From positions 75,144,001 through 75,208,000 of the forward strand of contig OX597831.1 in NCBI GenBank assembly GCA_951406725.2: a DNA stretch of 64,000 bases, given 5' to 3'. The position numbers were made by a program, and so were the translations under genes. A model generated the notes under the pieces. The model saw nothing but the letters and a program-made list of their open reading frames with translations, had not been told where the DNA came from and searched no databases. Of this stretch, positions 23,899 to 38,051 are shown one piece after another (position 1 is the first letter of the stretch; the number at the start of each line of letters is the position of its first letter). Source of the DNA: Octopus vulgaris. Its lineage: Eukaryota.

Positions 23899-26488
23899 CG
23901 ACAGGCTTCTTTTAGTTTCCATCTACCAAATCCACTCACGAGGCTTTGGTTGGCCCGAGGCTATAGTAGAAGAGACTTGCCCAAGGTGCCATGCAGTGGG
24001 ACTGAACCCAGAACCATGTGGTTAAGAAGCAAGCGTCTTACCACACAGCCACACATGATTAATTCAGAGCAATGTGAATAGGTTTAAGCCATACATTTGA
24101 CAGAGTAAATCTGTGTTGTAAAGGGCTGGTCCTTTTATTGTACACTAACAGAAAAAACAGTGTGGCCTCCTGTTCTTTTGCCTTGTTTCAGTCATTGGGT
24201 CATGCTGGATCACTGCCTTGAATACACTCCATGTGACCCTCCCACTCCCTCCAACCCCCTATCATTTATTTGTTTCAATGTCGGGAACATATTCTGGTTA
24301 CTTTACACTGGGGGATGTAAACAAACTAACACCAAGTGTCGAGTGATGGGAGACAAATGCACACATACACACACACACACACAGAGAGGATCAGACATGG
24401 CTGTGTGGTTAAGAAGCAACGCCGGGCGATACTGCTAGTATATATATATATTTATATGTGTGTGTGTGTTTGTCCCCTCACCATCGCTCGGCAACCAGTG
24501 TTAGAGTGTTTACGTACCTGTAATTTAGCAGTTCAGCTTACAAAGAATAAGTCTTGGGTCAATTTCTTTGAGCAAAACCCTTTAAGGTGACGCTCCAGCT
24601 AGGCCACAGTCAACTGACTGAAACAAGTAAAAGAATAACTCATAGCTTTGAGATTTCAACGACGTGGTTATTTTTAGAAATGACATTGTCAGGTAGGTGT
24701 GAGAGGCTGGACCTGGCTGGTTTGAACCAGAGACAGGGAGATTATCTGGGCTGGATATGTGCCTGTTTCAGCTTTTTTAGTATCTTTTACTTGTTTCAGT
24801 GATTTGACTGTGGCCATGCTGGAGCACCACCTTGAAGAATATATTGTCTAATGTATGGACCCTAGTATTTATTTCTTTTCATGAGCCTGGTTCTTATTCC
24901 ATCGGTCTCTTTTGTTGAGCTGCTAAGTTACAGGGATGTAGACACACCAACACAGTTTATCAAGTGGTGGGGTAGCGACAAACACATACACAAAGACACA
25001 CACATACATACACAAACACATACATACACAAACACATACATACACAAACACATACATACACAAACACATACATACACACACACATACACTCACACATACA
25101 TATACACACACATACTTACATACACACACACACTCACACATACTTACATACACACACACACACAAGCTTCTTTCAGTTTCCGCCTACCAAATCCACTCAC
25201 ATGGCTTTGGTCGGCCTGAGGTTAGAATAGAAGATACTTGCCCAAGATGCCACATGGCAGAACTGAACCCAGAACCATGTGGTTGGGAAGCAAGCTTCTT
25301 ACCACAAAGCCACAATATTAATCATTGAGTTCCATTGTGTTGGTAAAGAAGTGGAAAGAAAATTTATTAAATGTTTTACCTTTTATTTCAGTCATTTGAC
25401 TGTGGCCATGCTGGGGCACCACCTTGAAAGGTTTCTGTCAAACAAATCAACCTTAGTATTGTTTATTTTAAAAAATCTATCACATTTTTTGAGGAAGCTG
25501 CTACGTTAGGGAATGTAAACAAACCAACACGACTAGTCAAGTGATGCAGGGTTGGGTGGGGAGTGAAAAGACAGGCACAAAGGAATGCACACAATTATAT
25601 ATACATAATCAAAATAAGCAACAAGGATATCCGAGGTAATGTGGTACAATCGTTTCATGCTACTTCGTTTTATTAAACACTGTAAGCATTACATCAGTTT
25701 TAAAATGTCGAGCAATCTTCAGCCACCTTTAGAAATTTTCCAAACAACCGGACAATGCACATTCTTATCCCTAATTCATTTGCCAACATATGACTTAAGT
25801 ACCATATTCATCTGAATCTAAATTTTGCTGTGTGGTAAGTAGCTTGCTTACCAACCACATGGTTCCGGGTTCAGTCCCACTGCGTGGCATCTTGGGCAAG
25901 TGTCTTCTGCTATAGCCCCAGGCCGACCAATGCCTTGTGAGTGGATTTGGTAGACGGAAACTGAAAGAAGCCTGTCGTATATATGTATATATATATATAT
26001 ATATATAAGTGTGTGTGTATGTGTTTGTGTGTCTGTGTTTGTCCCCCTCAGCATTGCTTGACAACCGATGCTGGTGTGTTTACGTCCCCATCACTTAGCG
26101 GTTCGGCAAAAGAGACCGATAGAATAAGTACTGGGATCACAAAGAATAAGTCCCAGGGTCGATTTGCTTGACTAAAGGTGGTGCTCCAGCATGGCCACAG
26201 TCAAATGACTGAAACAAGTAAAAGAGTAAAGAGTATATATATATATATATATATATACATATATATACACACACAACAGGTTTCCACACAGTCTCTGTCT
26301 AACAAATTGCTCGCCCTTATCCAAGGTGAAGTGTTGTGCTGTGGGACTAAGCCCCAAGACTATTGGCTGGTAATATGAGTTTCCTAATCACAAAGCCATG
26401 CCTGCTGGCAGAGAAGAAATTCCAAGAAATGTTTTAGATATATTTTCCAAAAAAAAAAATTTTTTTTGTCATTATTATTCCTCCTTAC

Positions 26489-26604
26489 CTTTCGATGAAC
26501 ATCAGTTTCGCAGAGAATCGATATAATCAACAAGATGGTCGACTTCATTTCATTGGTTATAGTGATGCTGGGACCTATCTCCATCAGGGATAAAGCCAGC
26601 ATGG
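26489..26604 (-). CDS. CFAP69: CFAP69 exon 10: MLALSLMEIGPSITITNEMKSTILLIISILCETDVHRK
   Basis: caatag acceptor, GTAAGG donor; 116 nt, phase 1 to 0. Confidence 0.87.
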
Positions 26605-27335
26605 CTATTGAAATACAAGTACAGACAACAACAGACATAATGAAAATGAAGTGATTTCATTTCAGGTATTACAGGATTTTCATCAAATAAACGGATTACA
26701 CACGTCACCCTGAAACAGCTCCACATCACCACCAGGACCACCATTTTAATGTCTCCTTTTCGGCATCCCCAGGGGTCAAAGGGAATTTGTTGAGACAGAT
26801 TTTTCTACAACTGGATGCCCTTCCTGTCACTAATCCTAACCTTGCTTCCAAGCAAGGTAATATTTCCCTGTGCCCAGACATTTCCACAAAAGAGTGGAAA
26901 AGGAAGGACATTGCCTGTGTGATGGTGATACATGTTAACAACTGTCATGTGATGTCATGGCAACAAGACACTATCTCTCTCACACACACATACATACATA
27001 CATATATTTACAATGGGCTTCTTACCATTTCTGTCAGCCTGAGGCTAAAGAAGAAGACATTTACCTAAGTGGGAATGAACCTTAAACCATGAGGTTAAGA
27101 AGCAAACTTGCCTATCAACCTCAGTCTCACTACAGCCCTTCATCATCTGACACAAGATCACCTCCTCACAAATGACTTTTATCTTGGTGACCCTCTCAGT
27201 GCAGGTGTCACTAAAAAAAGCATCCAGTCCACACTGTAAAGTGGTTGGCATTAGGCAGGGCATCCAGCTGTAAAAATCCTACCAAAACAGTCACAGAAAA
27301 CTGGTTCAGGCTTCTGCATGACCATCTCCTGGCAA

Positions 27336-27570
27336 TTCTAAGGTAGAAGAGTCCAGTTTGCTGGACATTGGTTGTAGAGCTGAAAACGAGGTAATTTCTA
27401 CTCTTCTCCTCTGGAAGCCATCTGCTCACGATACCAGAGGGCACACACTCTCCTACCCAGATGTAATCTCCAGGGATACAGGCATCCAGCAACGGGAACT
27501 CCGTAATGCTATGATGGACCGTGAAGTCTGGCGTAACATAGTAAATTCCATTGTCTCGACCACGGTTGAA
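27336..27570 (+). mobile_element. 3' fragment of a second RTE-like LINE inserted into an RTE-UTR retroposon
   Basis: Encodes ..LLLWKP..RELRNAMMDREVWRNIV (LINE C-terminus); 8-bp TSD CCTGGCAA (27328-27335, 27571-27578). Confidence 0.7.
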
Positions 27571-27904
27571 CCTGGCAAACTGTCCCACCCAAGCCAGTAT
27601 GGAAGGCAGATATTAAAAGATTATGATTGACTGATTGATGGATGTATGTATGCATGCATGTATGTTCGTTCGTTCAGTTTCTCTCTACCAAATCCACTCA
27701 CAAGGCTTTGGCTGGCCCGATGCTACAGTAGAAGACACTTGCCCAAGGTGCCACACAGTGGGACTGAACCCAGAACCCTGTGAATGGGAAACAAACTTCT
27801 TACCACACAGCCATGCTTTCCTTAACTCAAAAACCAAAATGGAATAAATAAGGTTCCATCAATGGAACCATTTTGGTGCTTCCAAACTTACATGAGATAC
27901 TTAC

Positions 27905-28069
27905 AGACTATCAGGTTGATAATTCCTTGGTCTACAAACTCTCTCAAAATCTCTTTCTCTCTCGTAGCTATCATATTAAATATCAGTCTTAAACAGAGTC
28001 TCGTTTGGGCAACCTTAGTACCACGGCTTCCTTCTCCAAGATAACTGTTGCCATGTCCCTTAAAATTAC
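27905..28069 (-). CDS. CFAP69: CFAP69 exon 9: NFKGHGNSYLGEGSRGTKVAQTRLCLRL...DQGIINLIV
   Basis: tttcag acceptor, GTAAGT donor; 165 nt, phase 1 to 1. Confidence 0.92.
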
Positions 28070-29354
28070 CTGAAATGAAAAGAAAACATTTAAATAAAAA
28101 TGACGGCTCTGCTCCCATGCTCCACCTCCATCAGAAGTTGGAAATGGCAAACAAGCCCAAAACCCTAATATTTTGTGGGATACAAAACAATGGCAAATAG
28201 AGTGTAAACATTGAAACATCATCACGATCTTTCCAAATCCTGTTCCATTTCAGAGAATTATTGGCACTCCAAAGTTGTCTTAATGTACAAGTTGACCTAC
28301 TATTTTGGGTTGCAAATTTTGGTCTAAAAATTCGATTTCTGCCAGAAAATTTGTTGGCTTTTTTTTTTTTTCTTATTTTTTTTTTGGCTTGCTTTATTCA
28401 TTGCATCCGTAATTATGAGAATGCAAGAAAATTCCAGCAGAATATTCTTTTAGTCTTTTGTTTCAGTCATCTGACTGTGGCCATGCTGGAGCACTGCCTT
28501 TAGTCGAGCAAATCGACCCCAGGACTTATTCTTTGTAAGCCTAGTACTTATTCTATCAGTCTCTTTTGCCGAACCGCTAAGTTACGGGGACATAAACACA
28601 CCAGCATCAGTTGTCAAGCGATGTTGGGCAGACAAACACAGACACACAAACGTATATACACACATGCATATATATATATATATATATACGATGGGCTTCT
28701 TTCAGTTTCCGTCTACCGAATCCACTCTACTCACAAGGCTTTGGTCAGCCCGAGGCTATAGTAGAAGACACATGCCCAAGGTGTCATGCAGTAGGACTGA
28801 ACCCGGAAACATGTGGTAATTTACTGTGTAATGCAACAAATGGCAATCAAATATCATGCCATGTTACATGCAACAGCTAAATGTGCAACTTAACATGTAG
28901 CAGTTAAATGGGTTGCATCACATGTGGCAACTAAAATATACCACCTCACATGTCAAACATTACACCTTTCATGCAGCAATCAAGCATGTTACACATAGAT
29001 GCCAAACATGTTGCCACACATGTAGCAATGGCACTAGCCATTTAACATGTGGCAACCAGGTATGAACACTACAAACACACATGCAGCTGTCAAATCTATG
29101 CCAAACCTGGTTTGATACCAAACATGTTACATGTAGCAACAAAACCAGTTGCTTAACATGTAGCAATCAGATATGCACCCATTAAATATTCAGTAGTCAA
29201 ACCATTTACCTTACATGTGACAAATCAGTCATCTAATGTATGAGAAACATGCCATCTAACCTGTGGCTGTTATGTGAAATGCTACATGTGATATCTAACA
29301 TGTGAAATACATCTGTGGCAAGAGTGAGTCTAAGAAATGTGAGGTAATACTTAC

Positions 29355-29574
29355 TTTTAGTGATACACCATTCCAACAATAACAAAATCCGAGTGGTCCC
29401 ACTGTAAGCCATGAAGCTGTCCAAGAGGAGGGGGCACACAATACACATGCAAGACAGAACATGGAGCTGCATCTCTTCATATTCCGAAGGTGACCATCCC
29501 ATATCAGATGTATCAGTCTCAATGTTGTGGATATAGAAAAACAGGCCACGAAGCAAGTGACCACAACAGAGAAG
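29355..29574 (-). CDS. CFAP69: CFAP69 exon 8: LLCCGHLLRGLFFYI...WSPSEYEEMQLHVL...GTTRILLLLEWCITK
   Basis: ccgtag acceptor, GTAAGT donor; 220 nt, phase 0 to 1. Confidence 0.92.
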
Positions 29575-30584
29575 CTACGGAGAAAATAAGGAATTTGTGA
29601 TTGAAAAATAAATCATAAATTGACACAAATTACAAATTCCCCTTCTGACTCACAGGAATTGACCAGCAGCTGTTCAAAATAAACCTCGGCCTGACCAGTC
29701 TTGGCGTGATTGGTGAAAGTGATAAACACACACACAGTCACTGCCTCAAGAGCAAGAATCATAAAAAATAAATGCCAGAACCTAAACACCATTTCAAAGT
29801 TGATGCCTTTCGTCTCTTCCAATCAACACCCTTCATGCAACTTCACATCAGATAAACATGCAAAAATGTAATTTCTCACCAAGGTTTCAAACAATGAAGA
29901 GGGTACCTGAAGACAAGGATTAGTAAGATTATTTTGGATTTCAAATTGAGATCCGATCCCTGTGGAGATGTCTGCTGTGGAAACTGAAACTAATTGACAA
30001 TCTCCACATCAAATGTCTGTGATAACCCAACACGGTTAGCTTCTGTTCTCAATAACATGGGATCTTCACTGACTGCAACTAACTCAATTCATCAGAGAAA
30101 AATGTTGGCACTGGTACAAGTACATATCTACTGCTGTTGTTGTTGTTGTTAAACAACAAGACGGGTAAGGGTGATTAGGTGATGGTCTAGGGCTTAGGGG
30201 CAGGAGACCCCAGACCTTGGAAAAAAAACAACTTTGGTCATCTTGTTGTAGTCGAGGGCTCTTTGTTGATGCCCAACACCACTGGGAGGTGGCCCTCGAA
30301 GTCGCTGGAAATGGAGATCTCCAGGTCCAAATTCTTGGATGGCTACTGCTGGACTGTCTGGTCCCTTCAACAAATGAGGGTTCACCAAGATATAGTTTGC
30401 TGGCATCAGAAATGTGGGAATTTTAAGTGCAATTCTGCCAACACAAAACCATCTTCAAAAAAGAACTTTCACTTTGACCAAGTTATGGAGGTACGTGCTT
30501 GATTAACAGGAAGTGAGCCATTCTCAACCATACAATAATATCAACAACATTGGTCAGCAGATTCAAAAGATTGGTTCCACTTAC

Positions 30585-30706
30585 CGGTAATGATGCCGAT
30601 TCTTGACTAAGAGAACACAGAATGCAATAAAGAAGTTTCTTCATCTCAAAATCTTCATAACATTTCGTTAACTTGATATCTTTAGCAAAAGGAGAAAGCG
30701 TTTTCA
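30585..30706 (-). CDS. CFAP69: CFAP69 exon 7: VKTLSPFAKDIKLTKCYEDFEMKKLLYCILCSLSQESASLP
   Basis: cttcag acceptor, GTAAGT donor; 122 nt, phase 1 to 0. Confidence 0.92.
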
Positions 30707-31103
30707 CTGAAGAAAGAAAAAAAGGAGAAGGATGGACAAAGAAACAACAAGTTAAATAAAAAAATTTTAAAAAAAGACTGATACTCAGTCAGATATGGTA
30801 ATCCAAGTTGATCCGATCAATGGAACAGCCAGCTCGTGAAATTAATGTGCAAGTGGCTGAGTATTCCTGATGCACATACCTTTGACGTAGTTCTCAGGGA
30901 GACTCAGTGACACAGAACATGACAATACTGGCCCCCTTTGAGTTACTGGTACAGCTCATTTTTGCCAGCTGAGTGGGTTGGAGCAATAAAGTGAAATAGA
31001 GTGCCTTGCTCAAGGACACACTGTACCCCTGGGAATTGATCCTATGACCATGAATTAAGTATCCCAACCACAAAGAATAAAAGGAAGAGCAAAGCAACTT
31101 TAC

Positions 31104-31279
31104 CTTCTGGATGAATTGCAAAGGCAACGAGTTGTCGCAGGAATCCGGTCTCTATGAATGGAGCGTTTGGGTTGCGGGATGCGATGAGAGAGATGATGAA
31201 GAGAATGTCGTTTCGAAGCTGCCGCTCAGCATGTGTATAACCTTCCTTCAACAGACACACAAACGTATCCTTCAGCTTG
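31104..31279 (-). CDS. CFAP69: CFAP69 exon 6: KLKDTFVCLLKEGYTHAERQLRNDILF...PFIETGFLRQLVAFAIHPE
   Basis: tttcag acceptor, GTAAAG donor; 176 nt, phase 2 to 1. Confidence 0.92.
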
Positions 31280-32150
31280 CTGAAATAACATTAACAAATA
31301 CTAAGCCAAGTGAAATCGCAGCCGTGGCTGATGCCAAGTGGCACCCGTGCCAGTGGCACGTGAAAAGCATCATTCGAACGTTGAGCCTCGTGGAGGCAGT
31401 GACAGGTGGCCGAGATCTTTGGTCAAGCCAAGTGAGATTGCAATTGTGGTCGATGCCAGTGTTACATTACTGGCACCCACTCCACTCTTGGAGTGGTTGG
31501 CATCCGGCTGTAGAAAGCAAGCCAAATCAGATTGGAACCTGGTGTAGCTCCCCAGTTTACCAGTTCTATCAAATCATCCAACCCATGCCAGCATGAAAAA
31601 CGGATGTTACATGATGATGATGAAAAAATAAAAGGGGTTATACACTATCACATATAAAGGGCTTCTTACAGTTTCCATCTACCTAATTTACTGACAAGGC
31701 ACTGATGGGCCCAAAGCTATGGCAGAAGATACTTGCACAAGGTGCCACATCTCAAGGAAGGCAGGGTCAGATAGACAAGACAATCTTGCTTGCAAACTAA
31801 ATTTAGATGTAGAGCCAAGCCAAAGAGAGAAATCTTACGTTTGGCTGCAACACCTGTTCCTGCGTTTAAGTGAATAAATGATGTACCAGAGACCAGAGGA
31901 ATAAAAGAGTCCTGAACATTCTTCCTCAAGGGATATACTAAACACACATATACAAAGGGATACTGGAAAGTTCCTGGTTTTAAGGGTGTTGTGAAAGACC
32001 TGGTTGAAAGCCCAACCTTCTGAGTTCTTTTACAGGGCTTAGAAAAACTGAAGGACTGCTGCAATAAGTGTGTGTATCCAGCTTTATGAAACTCACAACA
32101 AAGGGTTTTGATAGAGTTTCAGTTAATAAGGTCGTGACTTAACTCTAATG

Positions 32151-32369
32151 CAGTGGTTTTCAACCAGGGTTCCACGGAACCTTAGGGTTCCACAAGTACA
32201 GTCCAGGGGTTCCGCAAGAAGTTACAAAAATGCTAAAATCGACAGTAATTTTTAATTCTCTTGTGCAGATATGTGTGCATAAGACAATTAAATTATTGCA
32301 CAGGGGTTCCTCGAGCCAGTGGAATGTTTCCTTGGGGTTCCACTCCAGTAAAAAGGTTGAAAAGCACTG
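32151..32369. mobile_element. hAT-type MITE, second copy
   Basis: Same sequence as 10127-10345; exact 8-bp TSD CTCTAATG (32143-32150, 32370-32377). Confidence 0.9.
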
Positions 32370-32377
32370 CTCTAATG

Positions 32378-32640
32378 TTTTATTTAATGCTGTAGTTTGA
32401 TGGTTTTTAGACACAATACATTTTATCATTCTGTGGTACCTCTCTGTCAGCTTTGCTGTCTGTCTAGAATTATGCTTGTCAAAGCTGGTTTTATTGTGGT
32501 TTTGGAATGCAAACATGATTTTAGAGACTGTACCTTTTGAAACATTAAACAATTCAACAGTTTTAGTGACTGAAGATCCAACCATCTGTGCTCCAACAGT
32601 TTGTCCTCTTTGGAAATCAGAAAAATCATGCATTTCAAAT
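32378..32640 (-). pseudogene. Tc1 transposase N-terminal (HTH) remnant
   Basis: DFSDFQRGQTVGAQMVGSSVTKTVELFNVSKGTVSKI is typical of the Tc1 paired-like HTH. Confidence 0.75.
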
Positions 32641-32735
32641 TATTTAAATATAAATATCATCAAAAAAAGGAACAAAAAAGACAGAGAGAGCTATGCCATG
32701 AAGTACAAGGCTTACATAATGCATATGAATACATA

Positions 32736-33948
32736 CAGGGTGCGTAAGGTAATTTGAGGACATAACCCTTTTGGGGTCATTGCTGCATTTTGGGGTCATT
32801 GCTGCATTTTGGGGTAACCCTGTGTAATCTTTGGTTCAGAAAATGATAATGGCAGACACTCAGCTTGCTCAAGAAATGAAGAGGCATGCTGTTATTGTGG
32901 TTATAAAGGCTGAGCATAGTGATTTAGAAATATCTCAATTTTTTTAAAGTTGCTAAATCTTTCGTCTACAAAGAAAAAGCATTCTAAACACTCTGAAGTC
33001 ATCAGAACACCTGAATTTATCCAGCAAGTTCAACAGACCACTGATTACAATCCAAGAAAGTCCATGGAGTCAATTGCAAAAGATCTCCATGTGTCAGATG
33101 GAACAGTCAGAAATGTTGTCCACGAAGACATCAGATATAAGTCTTATATGATGAGGAAGGGTCAATTTGTCAGAAAAAGCAAAAGAATATCACTACATCA
33201 GATCTAAAAGGCTCTTAAACAAACTGAAAAATCCAGGAGAAGATTTCATTTGGTTTTTCTCAAAGAAGAAAAACTTTGACTAAGGTCAAAAATTTAACAA
33301 AAGAAATAATAGATGGTTATGTGTAGACCCTTCTAAAGTTCCAAGTGTTATGCATACAAAATTTTCTGCAATTATCATGGTTTTAGAGGTTGTCAGCAAT
33401 GAAGGACATGTGATGCCTCCTTACTTCTTTCCACAAGGCCTTAGGGTTAACTCTGCCGCCTACATTGAGGTCCTGGAAATAACTGTTAAGCCCTGGATAC
33501 ACAGTGTATGCAATAGAAGGCCACATGTGTTTCAGTAAGACTCTGCACTATCACACATGGCTCTAGTAACACAGGAATGGATGGCTGAAAGTTTTCATGA
33601 TCCCATAACCCCTAATATTTGGCCTCCTAATTCCCCAGATCTCAATCCAGTGGAGCGTTGTTGAGAGAGCAGTCAATGAATACGTCCATAACACCAAAGA
33701 TTCTTTGAAAGCAGCCATAATCAGAGTAATGTCCAAAATGAACCAGGACCATTTGATTCGAACATGTAGATGATTTAGATCTCATACAGAAGCAATTGTT
33801 GAAGCTGAAGGTGGCTTTATTGAATAACATTATAGAAAAGAAGGTTTATTTTTATCCTCATAGCTGTTTTTTGATAAATAAAGTTATCTGTTATTACATA
33901 TCTCTTTTTTTATAAACATAAATCTGTCCTCATATATCTTAAACACCT
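32736..33948 (+). mobile_element. Tc1/mariner element (probably DD37D/maT type), full length but decayed
   Basis: TA|CAGGGTGCGTAAG..GAGGACA / TGTCCTC..CTTAAACACC TIRs; fragments MVLEVVSNEGHVMPPYFFPQGLRVN, VFQ*DSA, WPPNSPDLNP with stops and frameshifts. Confidence 0.8.
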
Positions 33949-34318
33949 AGAACAGTTTTGAATTTGTCATATTGTTACAAAAAAAATATATCATCATCAT
34001 CATCATCATCGTTTAACGTCCGTTTTTCATGCTAGCATGGGTTGGACGGTTCAACCGGGGTCTGGCAAGCCAGGAAGCTGCACCAGGCTCCAGCCTGATC
34101 TGGCAGTGTTTCTACAACTGGATGCCCTTCCTAACGCCAACCACTCCATGAGTGTAGTGGGTGCTTTTTAGGTGCCAGGGGAGGCTGAATGCGGCCATGA
34201 TCGGTTGGTGCTATTTACGTGCCACCAACACGTAGTGTTTCTTTTATTTGGTCCAAACCCTGTATGAGTGTGCAATTGTGAGTGGTTATAAATCCCATGA
34301 GTAAATTCCTCTTATGTG

Positions 34319-34361
<43 letters not shown>

Positions 34362-34362
34362 T

Positions 34363-35241
34363 CAGGGTGGTGGAAAGTAACTAGGCATTAGAAATTGCTT
34401 ATAGAATTTTTAGTATCACTGAAGTCATGATACAAAGATTTTTTAAACAGACAAAACTAATGGGGATTTCTTATTTTCTTATTGTCTTATTTCTTATTTT
34501 CCCGATGGCCGGTCACTTGACTGTTCAGGAGTGAGCTAAGATAGCAGCACGCTATGAAGTGTGGAATTCCATTGTTTTGGTTCAGAGATTGTGGCATGAA
34601 AGGAAAGGTAAGCATGCAACACTACGTCCGGATGCAGTAAAAAAGTTGTCATGCTAAGCTGATGATCACTGGCTCTGTGAAGGACGCAAGAAGTGGCCTT
34701 CCATCCACATCCCAATCAGCGGAGAACGTGGCAACAGTGCAGGGAATGTTTAATCGCAACCTGCAAAAAAAACAACAGTTCAAGCAGCAAAGGAATGTGA
34801 ACTAACAAGACACACAGTACGTATGGTGTTGCATAAAGAATTGAATTTTCGACTGTGGAAACCCCATTATGTGCAGGAGCTAAAACCTGATGGGGTGACG
34901 CTGACCTCATTAATGGCCTCCAAGAAGTCAGATCTCCCTTCATGTGACTTTTACCAGTGGGGTTACACAAAAGATGTGCACAAGACAAAATCTTGCACAC
35001 TGGAGGACTTGGAGACCCGCATTCAGGAGGTTCTCTATGATATTCCAGACGACATCCTTCAGAAGATTGTTCATTCCATCCCTGACCGTTTGAGGAAACT
35101 GGTTGATGCCACCAGTGCTTACGTTGAAATATGGAGATTTACTTTCATTTTCCCATGTCATAAAGAACATGTATCATTTGATTCAATAAATTTGTTAAAG
35201 GAATATAGATTCTATTACCAATCTTTTCACCCACCCTCTGT
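34363..35241 (+). mobile_element. Internally deleted Tc1/mariner remnant
   Basis: CAGGGTGG..CCACCCTCTGTA termini; DLPSCDFYQWGYTK and LEDLETRI transposase C-terminal motifs. Confidence 0.6.
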
Positions 35242-35911
35242 ATGTATGTATGTATATATATATGTATATATATATATATAAAACTGAGAATGTGTGTCTG
35301 TCTGTCTGTGTGTTTCCTAAAACCTGAGAACTACACAACCAATTTCATTCAAATTTTACACATGCCTTACTTAGGGTCCATGTAGTTTCATGGGCAAAAA
35401 AATGTTCAACTTCTTGCCTAGGGCGAGCCCATAGCAATATCATATCTTCTCCACTATTGCAGTATTACGTGTTAAAAGTGAAACAAAAACATTCTCTATT
35501 TTATGTCAGATACTTTCACTTTAACAATAAAAATTAGAGATAATAATAACAATTGAATTATATGTAGTAAGTAATAATTAAAATCAAACTAAAGTATAAT
35601 ATAATCGTAACATAACAAAAGTAAAAATAGCAATTGGTATAAAATTGCATCAATGATTTGAACTTGAATAAGTGGTTTCACATGAATGGGAATAAATTAA
35701 AAATAAAATTAGCATGCAGAAATGGAATAGTCCTACAATTCCAGTCTGTTATATATTTTCAGTATTGTTATCACTAGCGATATCAAGATATAACTTTGTA
35801 TTTTGTATTTTATGTGTAGATGTATATATATATATATAGATGTACATGTAATATGTACACATATATACATGCACTAGCACTATGACCCGTCAAAGACGGG
35901 TCATAATGCCA

Positions 35912-35954
<43 letters not shown>

Positions 35955-36999
35955 AAATATATACGTTTTTATTATTATTTTGCAATTTACTTAAATCATC
36001 GGTATATTATTGTTATTTTATATCTAATATTTCTATTATACGTAATTTTCTGGATGGTGTAACTGAATTGCTCATTTTGAATTGATAAAAGGTGGTTTTT
36101 GTAATTTATATATATAGATATAATATTTTGTGAAATTTGATTTAGTATTTCTAAATTGAATTTTTCCCTGTAAGTTAGGAATAATATTCCCTCAAATAAT
36201 TATTATATATATATATATATGCATTTGCGTTTATGTACATACATGCATGCATGTGTATGTCTCCCTGCTTGACAACTGATGCTGGACTGTTTATGGCCTT
36301 GTAACTTAGCAGTTTCCTCAAAAGGAACTGATATAATAAGGATACAGAGACTGGTAGAATAGGGCCCACTGAGGTCAATTTGAGGGACAAACCTCTTTGA
36401 CCCTTCACCATTCAGATTATTCTGTCAAATGTAATGCTTAATCATTTTGCATTGATCCTGCATTATCTCATAGCCTCGAGATTTTGATGATGTCATTGCA
36501 TATTTTTAGAATGACATTGTAGGGTAGGTGTGAGAGGCTGGATCTGGCTGGATTGAACATAAAACAGGTTGAATATTTTGGGCCGGATATGGTCAGTTGA
36601 AATGCTAAAAGATTAGGGGAGCACTCCAGCATGGGCACAGTCTGATGATTGAAACAAGCAAGAGAAACACAAAAAAAAGAAAGAAAAAATATTAACGTAA
36701 AAGGCGAAGCTGTGTGGTCAAGAAGATCGCTTTGCAATTTCATGGTTTGGGGTTCAGTCCCACTGTATGGTACCACGAACAAGTAGTCTCTACTATAGCC
36801 CTTGGCTGACCGATGCATCGAAAATGAATAAGGTGCACAGTGCATGTGCGCACGCCCACGTCTGGATGCATGCATATATCTTTGTATTTGTCTCTCGCTG
36901 CTCGATAAATCAATATGGTTTATTCATTTTAAAGTTTATAGATTTTCAATAAAATTCAGAACCGACACCGAAAGTTATGACAAATACATCCATGTAAAC

Positions 37000-37683
37000 A
37001 ATACAATCAGACAAGCTGAAGAATCTGTGCGGCAGAGAGTTGTATTTAGATATGAATGGAGGCACCCGAGTAAAGCGCTGGAGGGCCACGAGGAAGAGAA
37101 GGGACCCGCTTGTGTGAAAATAGGGGAGGAAGTCTGGGTTAAGCCACCAAAGGCGCGCTGTGCGTCTCAATGGAGCAGAGGAACGGTGACAGCGGTCAAT
37201 TCCAGAAACAACGTCTCCATGGATGGAATGCCGTGACACGTCTTGGACCTTCGCAGGATTGTCGCTTCGTTGGATGATGATTGTGGAGAGTGGGAGAATG
37301 AGGTGCTTGGCTTGAGAAGATCTCGATGTGCAAGGCGCCCTCCCGGTTGGATGGTGGACTATGACATGGAGCGGAGAGATTGTGATCTTTAAGATCAGGG
37401 TGGCATGTGGGATGACGTCAGCAGCTAGGGAGCTGACCGGAACTTGGGGCTGACCATAAGGGGCAGAAGGGACGCGCACGCAGGTAGGGCGGGATTCTGC
37501 CTTTTCGATCAAGGTCGCTGAGCGAGTAAGACGGGACAGTGCGTTGTTAAGGTAGGGGCAAAGCAGCTGCTATTTCTAGTGTTCAGGTCGGGCTGTGTTG
37601 AAGGATCCATTACCGCTGAAAGGTCTCCGTCTGAGCGAAGAGAAGGTAGGTGCCCTTATTCCGAATCTCTCGCATACACCACA
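37000..37683 (+). mobile_element. Ty3/gypsy-type LTR retrotransposon 3' part: integrase C-terminus, purine-rich tract and 3' LTR (37406-37683)
   Basis: IGEEVWVKPP..W..GTV integrase-end motif with a stop; LTR TGTGGG...CACCACA of 278 bp. Confidence 0.85.
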
Positions 37684-38051
37684 ATTTTAATTATTAAATA
37701 TTAATTTAATGATAAAAAAAAACAAAAAAAAAAACAAATAGGTAATGAGTTCTCACTCTTTCATCAATGCCGCATCCGACCCATTAACCCTACCTGAACA
37801 CATTTTGCTTAAATCCCAACAAAGTTTAGTGGTGTAACACAACTGGAGAGACCAATTAATATACTAAATAAATTCCTGGTACCTACAGCCCTACGACTTA
37901 ACAGTTTGACAAAGAGCGACCAATAGAATAAGGACCAGACTTGAAAATAAGGACTCAAGTGAATTTGATCAACTAAAAAGAAGGCAGTGCTCCAGCATAG
38001 CCACAGTGAAACCAGTGAAAGTATCCCAACATGACCCCCCAATCAACTCAC

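Noticed and set aside
25690-25726. Minus-strand CTGAAGA in a (TA)-adjacent element
   Set aside because: No convincing stem II, GAAA or stem I could be formed.
32160-32633. 157-aa ORF as a novel chimeric protein
   Set aside because: Chance read-through from a Tc1 HTH remnant into a hAT MITE.
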